In this document: positions 30,058 through 38,676 of the stretch, in pieces
Layout of the letters: every line of letters begins with the position of its first letter
Position numbering within the stretch: the stretch's first letter is position 1
Assembly (NCBI GenBank): GCA_964248365.1
Contig: CAXTYC010000010.1
Location: 32,001-96,000 of the forward strand
DNA: 64,000 nucleotides
Direction: 5' to 3'
DNA from: an uncultured Chroococcidiopsis sp.
GTDB lineage: Bacteria; Cyanobacteriota; Cyanobacteriia; Cyanobacteriales; Chroococcidiopsidaceae
Notes under the pieces: model-generated
The model's input: only the letters and a program-made list of their open reading frames with translations
Told to the model about the DNA's origin: nothing
The model's database searches: none
Translations under genes and position numbers: made by a program

Positions 30058-30264
30058 ATGACTATTTGGGTAAACGAACAGATTGATCCGTCTGGTATGA
30101 TCCATGCTTGTATTGCCTGCTGTGATGAAACCCAGGCAAATGCTTGTCACCTGTCCTATGAACAGAATTTGACAGATACCCAAAAAGCATCTGGTTGGGT
30201 GGCGCGGCTGCGAACAGTTGATTCGTGGGATGATGTACCAGTCAATGCGCTGAAATTAGATTGA
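30058..30264 (+). CDS. Small conserved cyanobacterial protein (68 aa, HACIACC motif), function unknown
   Basis: MTIWVNEQIDPSG...GWVARLRTVDSWDDVPVNALKL; ATG at 30058 preferred over the upstream GTG. Confidence 0.7.
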   Translation: MTIWVNEQIDPSGMIHACIACCDETQANACHLSYEQNLTDTQKASGWVARLRTVDSWDDVPVNALKLD

Positions 30265-30448
30265 TTAGCACACGCACGAGTGCGTTAAAGACAGTGTAAC
30301 TTAGTATTTTACTTGTTATCTAGCCTCTACTCCAGAGTAGTCCCCAGTCTCATACCTAGGTGTAAGACCACCAAGTTTCATTTTCAGATAGAGCGACCGA
30401 TAAGACTGGGCGGCACACGTAATGAGCTAATAGTAAAGTACCCTCAAA

Positions 30449-31513
30449 TTAAGGTTGTTTTGGTAGTCGTGGGACTCGCTGGCGAATTGGTCCTAAGATT
30501 TGATTAAGCTGGCGTAGTTGTTCAGCCGTACCCATGCAGATGAGTAAGTCTCCAGGCATTAATTGGGTATCGGCTGTGGGACCACCAATCAAAGTGCCAT
30601 CGGCGCGGCGGATGGCAAGGATGAGTGCGCCTGTTTGCGATCGCAGTCTCGCTTCCCTCAAGGTTTGACCCACACAAGGACAAACAGCCGGCTCGAGCCG
30701 AACTTCTTCTAAATAAAGCTCTCGGTCTGCACCCGTGAGAATACCATCGACAAAATCCATCACTTGGGGTCTAAGGGCAGCTGCTGCCATCCGTTTACCA
30801 CCAGTAATATAAGGAGAAACTACTGCATCTGCTCCAGCTCGTTGCAGCTTTTTTAAGGCTTCTTGCGTACTTGCTCTAGCGATCGCCCGAATTTGAGGAT
30901 TCAGTGTCTTGACTGAAAGCACTGTATAGAGATTTTCGGCATCTGAAGTCAGGGCGGCTACTAAACATACAGCTCGTTCAATTCTCAAATTGATTAAAGT
31001 TTCATCTAGTGTGGCATCTCCTAAAATCGCTGTATAGCCAAGCTGTCGCGCTGACTCAATCGAAGCACTGTCTACATCAACAATTACAAAAGAAACACCT
31101 TCAGCTTGAAATTCTGAAGCGATTTGCCGCCCCGTTCGACCAAAACCACAGATAATATAGTGTCCAGATAGCGATTCCATCAAACGTCGCTGTTGCCTCA
31201 GCCGAATTCCTTCTTGAAAGTAACCTTGAATTACAGCTTCTGTAAATCGATTAACGATATAACCAATAGTAACCACTCCCATGAAAATTAAGCCGATTGT
31301 AAACAGTCGTCCGCTAGCGTCTAGTGGTCGAGTTTCTCCATAGCCAACTGTAGCCAGAGTAATCACCGTCATGTAAGCCGCATCTACCCATGACCAACCC
31401 TCGATTAGCCGATACCATAAAGTACCAATTAGGAAGACACAGCCAAGGGCGATCGCTCCTGCTAATAACTCTTTTTGAATCCGATAATATTTCTGCTCAA
31501 GCCTTGAGTACAC
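30449..31513 (-). CDS. MthK-like potassium channel with RCK (TrkA-N/C) domains
   Basis: TVGYG selectivity filter; HYIICGFGRTG RCK-N; TrkA-C tail. Confidence 0.93.
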   Translation of the reverse strand: MYSRLEQKYYRIQKELLAGAIALGCVFLIGTLWYRLIEGWSWVDAAYMTVITLATVGYGETRPLDASGRLFTIGLIFMGVVTIGYIVNRFTEAVIQGYFQEGIRLRQQRRLMESLSGHYIICGFGRTGRQIASEFQAEGVSFVIVDVDSASIESARQLGYTAILGDATLDETLINLRIERAVCLVAALTSDAENLYTVLSVKTLNPQIRAIARASTQEALKKLQRAGADAVVSPYITGGKRMAAAALRPQVMDFVDGILTGADRELYLEEVRLEPAVCPCVGQTLREARLRSQTGALILAIRRADGTLIGGPTADTQLMPGDLLICMGTAEQLRQLNQILGPIRQRVPRLPKQP

Positions 31514-31845
31514 GGGTTTTTAGCAATTAGCGGTTAGCTGTTGCGAGAACGCTGTTAGCTGCCAAGCTGTTAGCTGGCGCGCAATTCCTTTTTGTTTCTA
31601 GCAGATAGTTATTTTTGTTACTCATTAGTCAATTGTGTTGCTACAAGCTACTTGCAAGCTCGCGCAGGGGCTAAAAGCTAAAAGCTAACCGCGCGCCAGT
31701 TAACAGCTTGTCACAAATATCCTGCCTTTGGCGATATTCAAAAGATAGCTTAAGATCGTGTGTCATCTGAATCTGATGAGACAGAAAGTTTTAAAGAATG
31801 CTATTAAGTTGGCAGATGAAAATAAAAGATTATCAGGAGTAAATA

Positions 31846-33135
31846 GTGAACATAGAAACTCTTGTTCAAGATCCTTCTATTCCAGCAGAATCAGCTCCAG
31901 CCATTGATCCTTACGATCCGGCTAGCTTTAATGAGTCTGTAATGACTACCTACGCTCGCTTTCCTCTGGCTCTAGAGCGCGGGGCTGGCTGTCGGGTGTG
32001 GGATACTCAAGGACGAGAATATCTAGATTTTGTGGCGGGGATTGCTACTTGCACTTTGGGACACGCTCATCCTGCTTTGGTAGAAACGGTAACGCGGCAA
32101 ATTCAGACTTTGCACCACGTTTCTAATTTGTACTATATTCCCGTGCAAGCTGAGCTAGCCAAGTGGTTGATTTCCCATTCCTGCACTGATCGCGTGTTCT
32201 TTTGCAACTCTGGGGCGGAAGCAAATGAAGGAGCGATTAAACTAGCTCGGAAGTATGCCCATACAGTGCTAGGAATTCAGCATCCTGTGATTTTAACAGC
32301 GAATGCTAGTTTTCATGGCAGGACATTGGCAACGATTACGGCAACAGGTCAACCAAAGTATCAAAAAGATTTTAGTCCCCTAGTGCCTGGTTTTCATTAC
32401 GTACCTTATAACGATATTGCCCTCCTCAAAGAAGCAATTGGGGAACTAGATGAAGGCGATCGCGCAGTAGCGGCAATTCTTTTGGAACCGTTGCAAGGCG
32501 AAGGTGGTGTAAGACCAGGAGATATAGCATACTTCCAGCAAATACGCAAGATATGTGACGAAACTGGGATTTTACTTATCCTAGACGAAGTGCAAGTCGG
32601 AATGGGTCGCAGTGGCAAGCTTTGGGGTTATGAAAATTTGGGCATTGAACCAGATATTTTCACCAGTGCTAAAGGCTTAGGCGGTGGTATTCCGATTGGT
32701 GCTATGATGTGCAAAAAGTTCTGCGATGTCTTCCAAGCCGGAGATCATGCCAGTACATTTGGCGGAAATCCCTTTGCTTGTGCAGCAGCTTTGTGCGTGT
32801 GTGAAACGATAGAACGGGAAAATCTTCTGCAAAACGTGCAATCACGGGGCGAACAGCTACGGAATGGCTTGAAGGCGATCGCAGCCAAATATCCCAGTCA
32901 AATTACCGATGTACGCGGCTGGGGTTTGATTAATGGTATGGAACTAAATGCAGACATTCAGCTAACTGCTGCTGATGTTGTTAAAGCTGGCATAGCTGAA
33001 GGCTTGTTGCTAGTACCAGCAGGACCAAAAGTAGTTCGCTTTGTTCCACCTTTGATTGTTAGCGAAGCAGAAGTTAATACGGCATTGCAAGCAGTTGAAC
33101 GAGCAATGGCATCTGTAATGCGCGTAACCGTATAG
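31846..33135 (+). CDS. argD: Acetylornithine aminotransferase
   Basis: FCNSGAEANEG, FHGRT, EPLQGEGG, DEVQVGMGR, SAKGLGGG and HASTFGGNP motifs. Confidence 0.93.
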   Translation: MNIETLVQDPSIPAESAPAIDPYDPASFNESVMTTYARFPLALERGAGCRVWDTQGREYLDFVAGIATCTLGHAHPALVETVTRQIQTLHHVSNLYYIPVQAELAKWLISHSCTDRVFFCNSGAEANEGAIKLARKYAHTVLGIQHPVILTANASFHGRTLATITATGQPKYQKDFSPLVPGFHYVPYNDIALLKEAIGELDEGDRAVAAILLEPLQGEGGVRPGDIAYFQQIRKICDETGILLILDEVQVGMGRSGKLWGYENLGIEPDIFTSAKGLGGGIPIGAMMCKKFCDVFQAGDHASTFGGNPFACAAALCVCETIERENLLQNVQSRGEQLRNGLKAIAAKYPSQITDVRGWGLINGMELNADIQLTAADVVKAGIAEGLLLVPAGPKVVRFVPPLIVSEAEVNTALQAVERAMASVMRVTV

Positions 33136-33169
33136 TTTTGATGCTGACGTAGTAGGCGGCGAACAATAC

Positions 33170-33202
33170 AAAAAAGCCCGTTTCACTTCTTGTGAGACGG
33201 GC
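33170..33202 (-). terminator. Rho-independent terminator hairpin between argD and the intI relic
   Basis: GCCCGTTTCAC-N5-GTGAGACGGGC with an A-run on the left (U-tract on the minus strand). Confidence 0.7.
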
Positions 33203-33232
33203 AAGTTATTATCCAGGGCTTTTCGATAAATT

Positions 33233-33640
33233 AGTACCGTAAAGTAGTTTAATAAGAAGTTGATAAACACCCGATAATTGATTAAAAATTGCTAAAACTT
33301 ATGGCTTTATTAAAATAGTTGTTATATCTCGATTTTGCTTTGCCCTGACTGCATCAACCTTTAAATCTAAATCTTGTTTCAATACCTCTTTATATAAAAA
33401 TAGAATGGCATGGAAGTGCTTGATTTTGATTCGATTCAGCTACGTTTTCATTGAGGGCTAGATGGGTGAAAAAAACCTCTTTTTCCTTACCTCCCATATC
33501 CTTGGGATGATGTTTGTCATGAAAAAGAATGTATCGCCGAATTCAGTTAATATAAGTTTTTTTCTGTTTGGTAAGAATAATGCTTAAGCCGAATTAAGTC
33601 TTGCAGTTGCGGCACTCAGCTTTTTCGGGCGTTATTCCAT
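33233..33640 (-). pseudogene. intI: Integron integrase N-terminal half, with frameshifts and stops, truncated before the catalytic Arg
   Basis: Multi-frame translation: ME*RPKKL / LQDLIRLKHYSYQTEK / YIN*IRRYILFHDKHHPKDMGG / FTHLALNENVAESNQNQAL / AILFLYKEVLKQDLDLKVDAVRAK...TILIKP*VLAIFNQLSGVYQLLIKLLYGT. Confidence 0.88.
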
Positions 33641-33664
33641 AGAGTGATATCTAGAATTTATCTG

Positions 33665-33723
33665 TATAATGCTCTAATACAGTTGTTATTTAGAAAAATT
33701 CTGGATAACACCAATAGTTATGT
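33665..33723 (+). promoter_or_regulatory. Putative attI core, with a possible cassette promoter -10 element (TATAAT 33665-33670)
   Basis: ATAAC-ACCAATA-GTTAT inverted core (33705-33721) and G|TTATGT crossover at 33717, ~80 bp upstream of the intI start. Confidence 0.65.
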
Positions 33724-33827
33724 GGCTTAAGTTCAGCAGTTGTGGCAGTAGTTTGAATGTTATGTGTGGATGTTCAACATCAAAGCGAATCTTAGACTCA
33801 AGATAACAGTGCATACATTGGTAAGGT

Positions 33828-34406
33828 ATGGGAGCAGACATATACATCTACGCTGAGATTCGGAAAGATGATGACTGGGAACCTGTACCTGAACCTGCTG
33901 TTTCAAGGTCTAAGAAAGTTCCTATTGACTCAATCAATCTTCCTTGTACTCGCCCATATCGATTATTTGTCATGCTTTCAGGCATTTATCATCACGCTGT
34001 TTTAGGCGTGGCAAGACCTATTTCAGAGCTACGAGGATTTCCAGATGATATGAATGCTGTTTACAAAGAGTATTTTGACCAACACGGTACAGGAGTTGGA
34101 CGTTCTTAGTTAATGGTTGGAGAAATCATTAATTACAAGTGGGATAGTGAGTTTGTGATGTATAGAGCTTGTGTTGATAAGAAGTACGCTCCGCTATTTC
34201 ACGAACGTTCTCCTTTCCCTGATGCCTTTCCAAAGGGCGCTTCCATCTATCACACACAACAACCTGGTACTGTTTAGGTTTCGTGGAAAAGTAGTTGTCG
34301 AGAATTTGTGAACTTAGACCACGAAACCTGTTTAGAGGACTTCATTGAGGAGTTACTAAAGCTAGGAGATCCAGATAAAGTAAGGATTATTTTTTTGTTT
34401 CTTTAA
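33828..34406 (+). pseudogene. Integron cassette 1: hypothetical protein with two in-frame TAG stops
   Basis: 193-codon frame MGADIYIYAE...RGFPDD...S*LMVGEI...PDKVRIIFLF; stops at 34107 and 34275. Confidence 0.75.
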
Positions 34407-34419
34407 GTTGAGATACGCC

Positions 34420-34468
34420 GCATAACAATCCCGTTGCACACTGACCGCATCAAGTGAAATTTCTAGGC
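34420..34468 (+). other. Degenerate attC site of cassette 1
   Basis: R'' GCATAAC, then GTTGCACACTGA...TCAAGTGAAA; right end eroded; GCCGCATAAC is 9/10 complementary to the cassette start GTTATGTGGC. Confidence 0.6.
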
Positions 34469-34469
34469 A

Positions 34470-34559
34470 AGCCACCCATGCCCACGATTATCAGAAAGAG
34501 CGGGCAGGGGTGGCAAACCCCTTCATCTACTGTTCACGAATGTTTTAGGATTGCTATAT
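34470..34559. repeat. Dispersed MITE/REP-like element next to the degenerate attC
   Basis: Reverse complement TAGCAATCC...GTGAACAGTAGATGA resembles 59649-59735. Confidence 0.5.
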
Positions 34560-34769
34560 AATAATGAACCATTCTACAATGGTCTATGTATTACTATTTA
34601 TGCTGCTGATTATATCTGCTCTCATCAAGGTAAGTAGATTAGGACGAACTCACTAGATGATCGAACAACACTTGAACAAGCATATTATCAGCAAAATATT
34701 CTTATCACGCATTAAGATCACTTGAATGTGGTTGATGATAAACTCCTAACTCTATAGCAAATCAAGCAT

Positions 34770-35072
34770 CTATCCAATTTTTTAAAAGATGCGCCAGATA
34801 ACGTTTTTGCATATATTGGAAAATGGGTATATTGAAAAGAGGTTTACGTGAACTTGGCTTGTCGGAAGATATGCCCCGCGTTGGCTGGCAAAGAGGATAC
34901 TATCGCTGTCCCCTAGCTCAGAACTGGAAGGAATATCTGCTGGGAGACACAAATCGAGTAGTATGGCGAGAGTTTACAAAAGAGAGATTTGGTAAGCTAC
35001 TGGCATGAACGGTGGGTTGCTCCAAGACTGGATATGCTGCAAACCAATTTGGAATTAGAACCTATTTTGTAG
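34770..35072 (+). pseudogene. C-terminal fragment resembling Druantia DruA (DUF4338)
   Basis: YWKMGILKRGLRELGLSEDMPRVGWQRGYYRCPLAQNWKEYLLG... then, after +1 shift, DLVSYWHERWVAPR; recalled motif match only. Confidence 0.5.
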
Positions 35073-35153
35073 AATTTGCCAAACTTTATAGGATAAATCA
35101 TATCTTGCATGGCTCAGGTAGAGGGGGTATTGTGTTTAACCTATACTTAGGTT

Positions 35154-35570
35154 ATGCCCAGGTTAGACATCATCCATGACGCTGTAAAAAATGCACTGAT
35201 AAAGGACGGCGGGACGATTACAGACGATCCCTACATAATTCAGTATCGAAGAACAACGTTGTACGCTGATCTTGGTGCTGAACGCCCTATTGCGGCTGAA
35301 CGCAATGGACAGAAGCTTATCATTGAAGTCAAAAGCTTCGTTGGCGCATCAAAAATACAAGATTTGAAAGAAGCTCTCGGTCAGTACGATATCTATCGCT
35401 ATCTTTTAGAGGTAACAGCGCCAGAGCGCAAACTTTATGTTGCTGTCAGTGTAGTCCCTTATAACACCTTTTTTAAGCAGGACGTGGTTCAACTCATTCT
35501 TAATAGACACCAACTTCCACTCATTGTCGTAGACATAGAGGTAGAGGAGATTACGCAATGGATAAATTAA
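35154..35570 (+). CDS. xisH: XisH family PD-(D/E)XK-fold protein
   Basis: HDAVKNALIKDG.TITDDP, ADLGAE, IEVKSF and ALGQY motifs. Confidence 0.93.
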   Translation: MPRLDIIHDAVKNALIKDGGTITDDPYIIQYRRTTLYADLGAERPIAAERNGQKLIIEVKSFVGASKIQDLKEALGQYDIYRYLLEVTAPERKLYVAVSVVPYNTFFKQDVVQLILNRHQLPLIVVDIEVEEITQWIN

Positions 35571-35902
35571 CTGAGTATCCCAAGCTAATCAAACGTATCT
35601 TGGCGGAATATATAGAATTGTGTAACCGCCGTTCCGACCGAGACATCGAAACATTCTTGATTGTAGATGAGCTAAAGGGTCACTATATTTGGATGAACCT
35701 TGGTTGGCAAAATGGCGATCGCATTACTGGTATGACAGTTTACGTTCGTATTCGTGATGGTAAGTTCTGGATCGAGGAAGATTGGACTGAAGATGGCATT
35801 GCAACTGATCTAGTTCGTGCGGGTGTTCCCAAGGAAGATATCGTGTTGGCATTCCACGAGCCTAAGATGCGGCAGTACACCGATTTTGCCTCTGCGTCGT
35901 AG
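35558..35902 (+). CDS. xisI: XisI family protein
   Basis: MDKL start overlapping xisH; GKFWIEEDWTEDGIATDLVRAGVPKEDIVLAFH. Confidence 0.93.
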   Translation: MDKLTEYPKLIKRILAEYIELCNRRSDRDIETFLIVDELKGHYIWMNLGWQNGDRITGMTVYVRIRDGKFWIEEDWTEDGIATDLVRAGVPKEDIVLAFHEPKMRQYTDFASAS

Positions 35903-35912
35903 CAGTTGTACA

Positions 35913-35999
35913 GGCTAACAACCCATTGGAGCGGACGGACGAAAGCCTTCGGTATCGTGGCATAAGGCTGTCTACCGCCGCTCATCTGTGCCGTTATGC
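35913..35999 (+). other. Complete attC site (87 bp)
   Basis: R'' GGCTAAC, 5 nt, TG(G)AGCGG(A)CGG ... AGCCTT/AAGGCT ... CCGCCGCTCA, spacer, R' GTTATGC; two extrahelical bases on the left arm. Confidence 0.85.
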
Positions 36000-38096
36000 C
36001 GCAGCTAAGCCACTATGTCTGAGTAAAGGCTCGGTACTCGGTTCGCGTCCTCGGAAGGACTTAAACACCTCCATCGGGTGTTTGCTACCACCCAAAGCCA
36101 GGACGGTTTCGCGGAAGCGCTTACCAGTAGCAGTTATAGCCTGAGAATCTTCCAAGCCAGCTTCTTCAAAAGCACTGAAAGCATCAGCGCTTAATACTTC
36201 AGCCCACTTGTAGCTGTAATAACCTGCGGCATAACCCCCCGTAAAGATATGCCCAAACGAGCATAAAAATGCATCTTCTGGTAGAGGTGGCAAGACAGTA
36301 GTTGTTTTAGCAATGCGGTTACGCACATCATTCACACTTTCACTACTGCCTGGTTGATAGCGGTGATGCAGTTCTAAGTCAACTAAGCCAAAGTGTAACT
36401 GTCGCAGCATAGCACTACCACTCATATAATTACGAGCAGCCAACAGCTTTTGATAATAATGTTCTGGCAAAGTTTCACCTGTTTCGTAGTGCTTCGCCAT
36501 TCCCAGCAATGTCTCGCGGTGGTAACACCAGTTTTCCATGAACTGGCTGGGTAGTTCGACGGCATCCCACTCGACATTATTGATTCCGGCTGCTCCTGCG
36601 TAATCTACCTTAGTCAGCATATGCTGCAACCCGTGACCAAACTCGTGAAATAGAGTTTCCACCTCTCTGAAAGTCATTAAGCTGGGCTTACCATCTACTG
36701 GGGGTGTTTGATTACACACCAAATATGCTACTGGTTTGCGGGTAATAGTTGTGCCATCGGTTGTAGTAATTTTGGCACGACCGATGCAATCATCCATCCA
36801 AGCGCCGCCACGTTTTTCGGCTGGACGACTGTAGGGATCTAAGTAGAAGTAGGCGATCGCTTCCCCTGATTCGTCAGCAATTTGGAAATACCGCACATCC
36901 TCGTGCCATACTGGAGCTTGACCATCGGCAGCAGTAACGGTAACACCAAAAATCCGCTTTACTAGGTCAAACAACCCATTTAGCACTTGGGGTAGAGGGA
37001 AGTAAGGACGCAGTTCTTCATCACTAAAGGCAAATTTTTCTTCTCGCTGGCGTTCAGCCCAATAGCTAACATCCCAGTGCTTGAGATCGTTAGCTTCCGG
37101 TGCGCCTTTAGATGCAGCAAAGGCTTTTAGCTCCTCAAACTCTTTTTTAGCAGCATCATAACTAGCACGGCGCAGTTCTTCATGTAGCGCCTCTACTGCG
37201 TCATAACTAGGAGCCATTTTACTAGCTAAGCTTAATTCAGCATAGCTGTTAAAGCCAAGTATATTTGCTTCTTCCTGACGCAGTTGTAAAATTCGTTCAA
37301 TGATTTGTGTATTATCTAACTCACCGGATGAAGCGCGGCTGATGAAAGCCTTATAAAGTTTCTCCCGTAAATCCCGACGTTTGCTGTGTTGCATGAAGGG
37401 ACCATAACTGGGGAAATCTAGAGTAATCCGCCAGGGACCATTTTCAGCAGTGGCATTTTCTTCACCCGCAGCACGAGCAGAAGCAGCAGCAAGACTGAGT
37501 AGGCTGGGGGGTAAACCGTCGATTTCGTCTTTGTTTGTCAGAGTAAGGCTAAAAGCTTTAGTAGCGTCTAAGACGTGGTTGGAAAATTTAGTAGAAAGTT
37601 CTGCTAATTCTAGCTGAATGGCGTTGAAGCGATCGCGCTTCTCTCCCTCCAAACCTACACCCGAAAGTTCGGCATCTCTAATCGCTGCTTCCACAATTCT
37701 TTTTTGGGCATCTTCTAGGCTATCCCATTCTTTACTATCCCGCAGCGCCTTAAAAGCTTCATACAGTGGTTTACTTTGATTGAGCTTATTGTAGAATTGC
37801 ACTACTTGGGGTTGTACGGTTTCGTAAGCCGTTCGCAATTCTGGGCTATTCTTCACACCCATTAGATGCCCAACTATACCCCAACTCCAGCGTAGGCGAT
37901 CGCTCAAGCGGTCTAGTGGCTCTACTAAGCCGCTCCAAGTGGGTTGCACTTTTGCCTCTAATTTGCTAAGTTCTGTTTCTAATTCTGCCAGCAGCTGCGT
38001 CATCGCTGGCTCAACGTGTTCAGGCTTAATGGTTGCAAACGGTGGTAGTCCCTCACCAATCAGCAACGGATTATCAGTAACTGTGCTTACACTCAT
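35994..38096 (-). CDS. prlC: Oligopeptidase A (M3 family)
   Basis: KRGGAWM, FHEFGHGLQH, DAVELPSQFMENW and GYYSYKWAEV motifs. Confidence 0.95.
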   Translation of the reverse strand: MSVSTVTDNPLLIGEGLPPFATIKPEHVEPAMTQLLAELETELSKLEAKVQPTWSGLVEPLDRLSDRLRWSWGIVGHLMGVKNSPELRTAYETVQPQVVQFYNKLNQSKPLYEAFKALRDSKEWDSLEDAQKRIVEAAIRDAELSGVGLEGEKRDRFNAIQLELAELSTKFSNHVLDATKAFSLTLTNKDEIDGLPPSLLSLAAASARAAGEENATAENGPWRITLDFPSYGPFMQHSKRRDLREKLYKAFISRASSGELDNTQIIERILQLRQEEANILGFNSYAELSLASKMAPSYDAVEALHEELRRASYDAAKKEFEELKAFAASKGAPEANDLKHWDVSYWAERQREEKFAFSDEELRPYFPLPQVLNGLFDLVKRIFGVTVTAADGQAPVWHEDVRYFQIADESGEAIAYFYLDPYSRPAEKRGGAWMDDCIGRAKITTTDGTTITRKPVAYLVCNQTPPVDGKPSLMTFREVETLFHEFGHGLQHMLTKVDYAGAAGINNVEWDAVELPSQFMENWCYHRETLLGMAKHYETGETLPEHYYQKLLAARNYMSGSAMLRQLHFGLVDLELHHRYQPGSSESVNDVRNRIAKTTTVLPPLPEDAFLCSFGHIFTGGYAAGYYSYKWAEVLSADAFSAFEEAGLEDSQAITATGKRFRETVLALGGSKHPMEVFKSFRGREPSTEPLLRHSGLAAA

Positions 38097-38573
38097 GAAT
38101 GTTATTTAGGTCGCTTTTACTTTCACGATAATGAAAGTTGGCGACTTTTGCCGAGTGTTGAACACCGTAAGCAGATGGCTGTTAGCGGTGTTGGATAAAA
38201 TTAGAATGATCTTATTTCACGCAAAGACGCAAAGGCGCTAAGGAAAACAAAGGGTAATTTGAGTAGATGGGTAGGGTGTGTTAGGCTTTGCCGTAACGCA
38301 CCAGTGCTGAGGTTAAGGGTGCATGACGAGTAGCTCAAATCGCACCCAAAGTTTGTGCAACTTAGCTGCTAGCTTTTGGGTTGTCGGTATTTGTGTCGCT
38401 GTTGTCGGTTTGGATGAGCGAGAATAAGGAATTGCTCTTTAGCTATACAAATATTTTTACAATTTTAAGGTCATCTGGCTTTGATTCATACTCATCGCTT
38501 TGAATTGCTTCTAAAAACTTGGTAGAAAACCTTGATTTGTCCTTCATAAAATCTTCAAACATAACCAACGGTA

Positions 38574-38676
38574 AGTAGGTCGTCTGAAATAAACAGCGAA
38601 CCGTGTGTTGGCGGATCTGTTATGCAGCAAGGGTTATCTATGTTGACGGTTCGCTGTTTATTTATGACTTTGTACT
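38574..38676. mobile_element. 103-bp MITE with imperfect 30-bp terminal inverted repeats, flanked by a TA duplication
   Basis: AGTAGGTCGTCTGAAATAAACAGCGAACCG ... CGGTTCGCTGTTTATTTATGACTTTGTACT; TA at 38572-38573 and 38677-38678. Confidence 0.8.

Noticed and set aside
33245..33330. Possible second attI (GTTGTTAT) truncating intI
   Set aside because: The sequence still translates as IntI (VLAIFNQLSGVYQLLIKLLYGT), so it is part of the pseudogene
35154..35902. xisHI as evidence of an fdxN-type excision element
   Set aside because: No serine recombinase or interrupted nif/fdx gene in the window
35740..36144. ORFs 35740-35985 (-) and 35926-36144 (+)
   Set aside because: They span the attC and are antisense to xisI or prlC; no coding features
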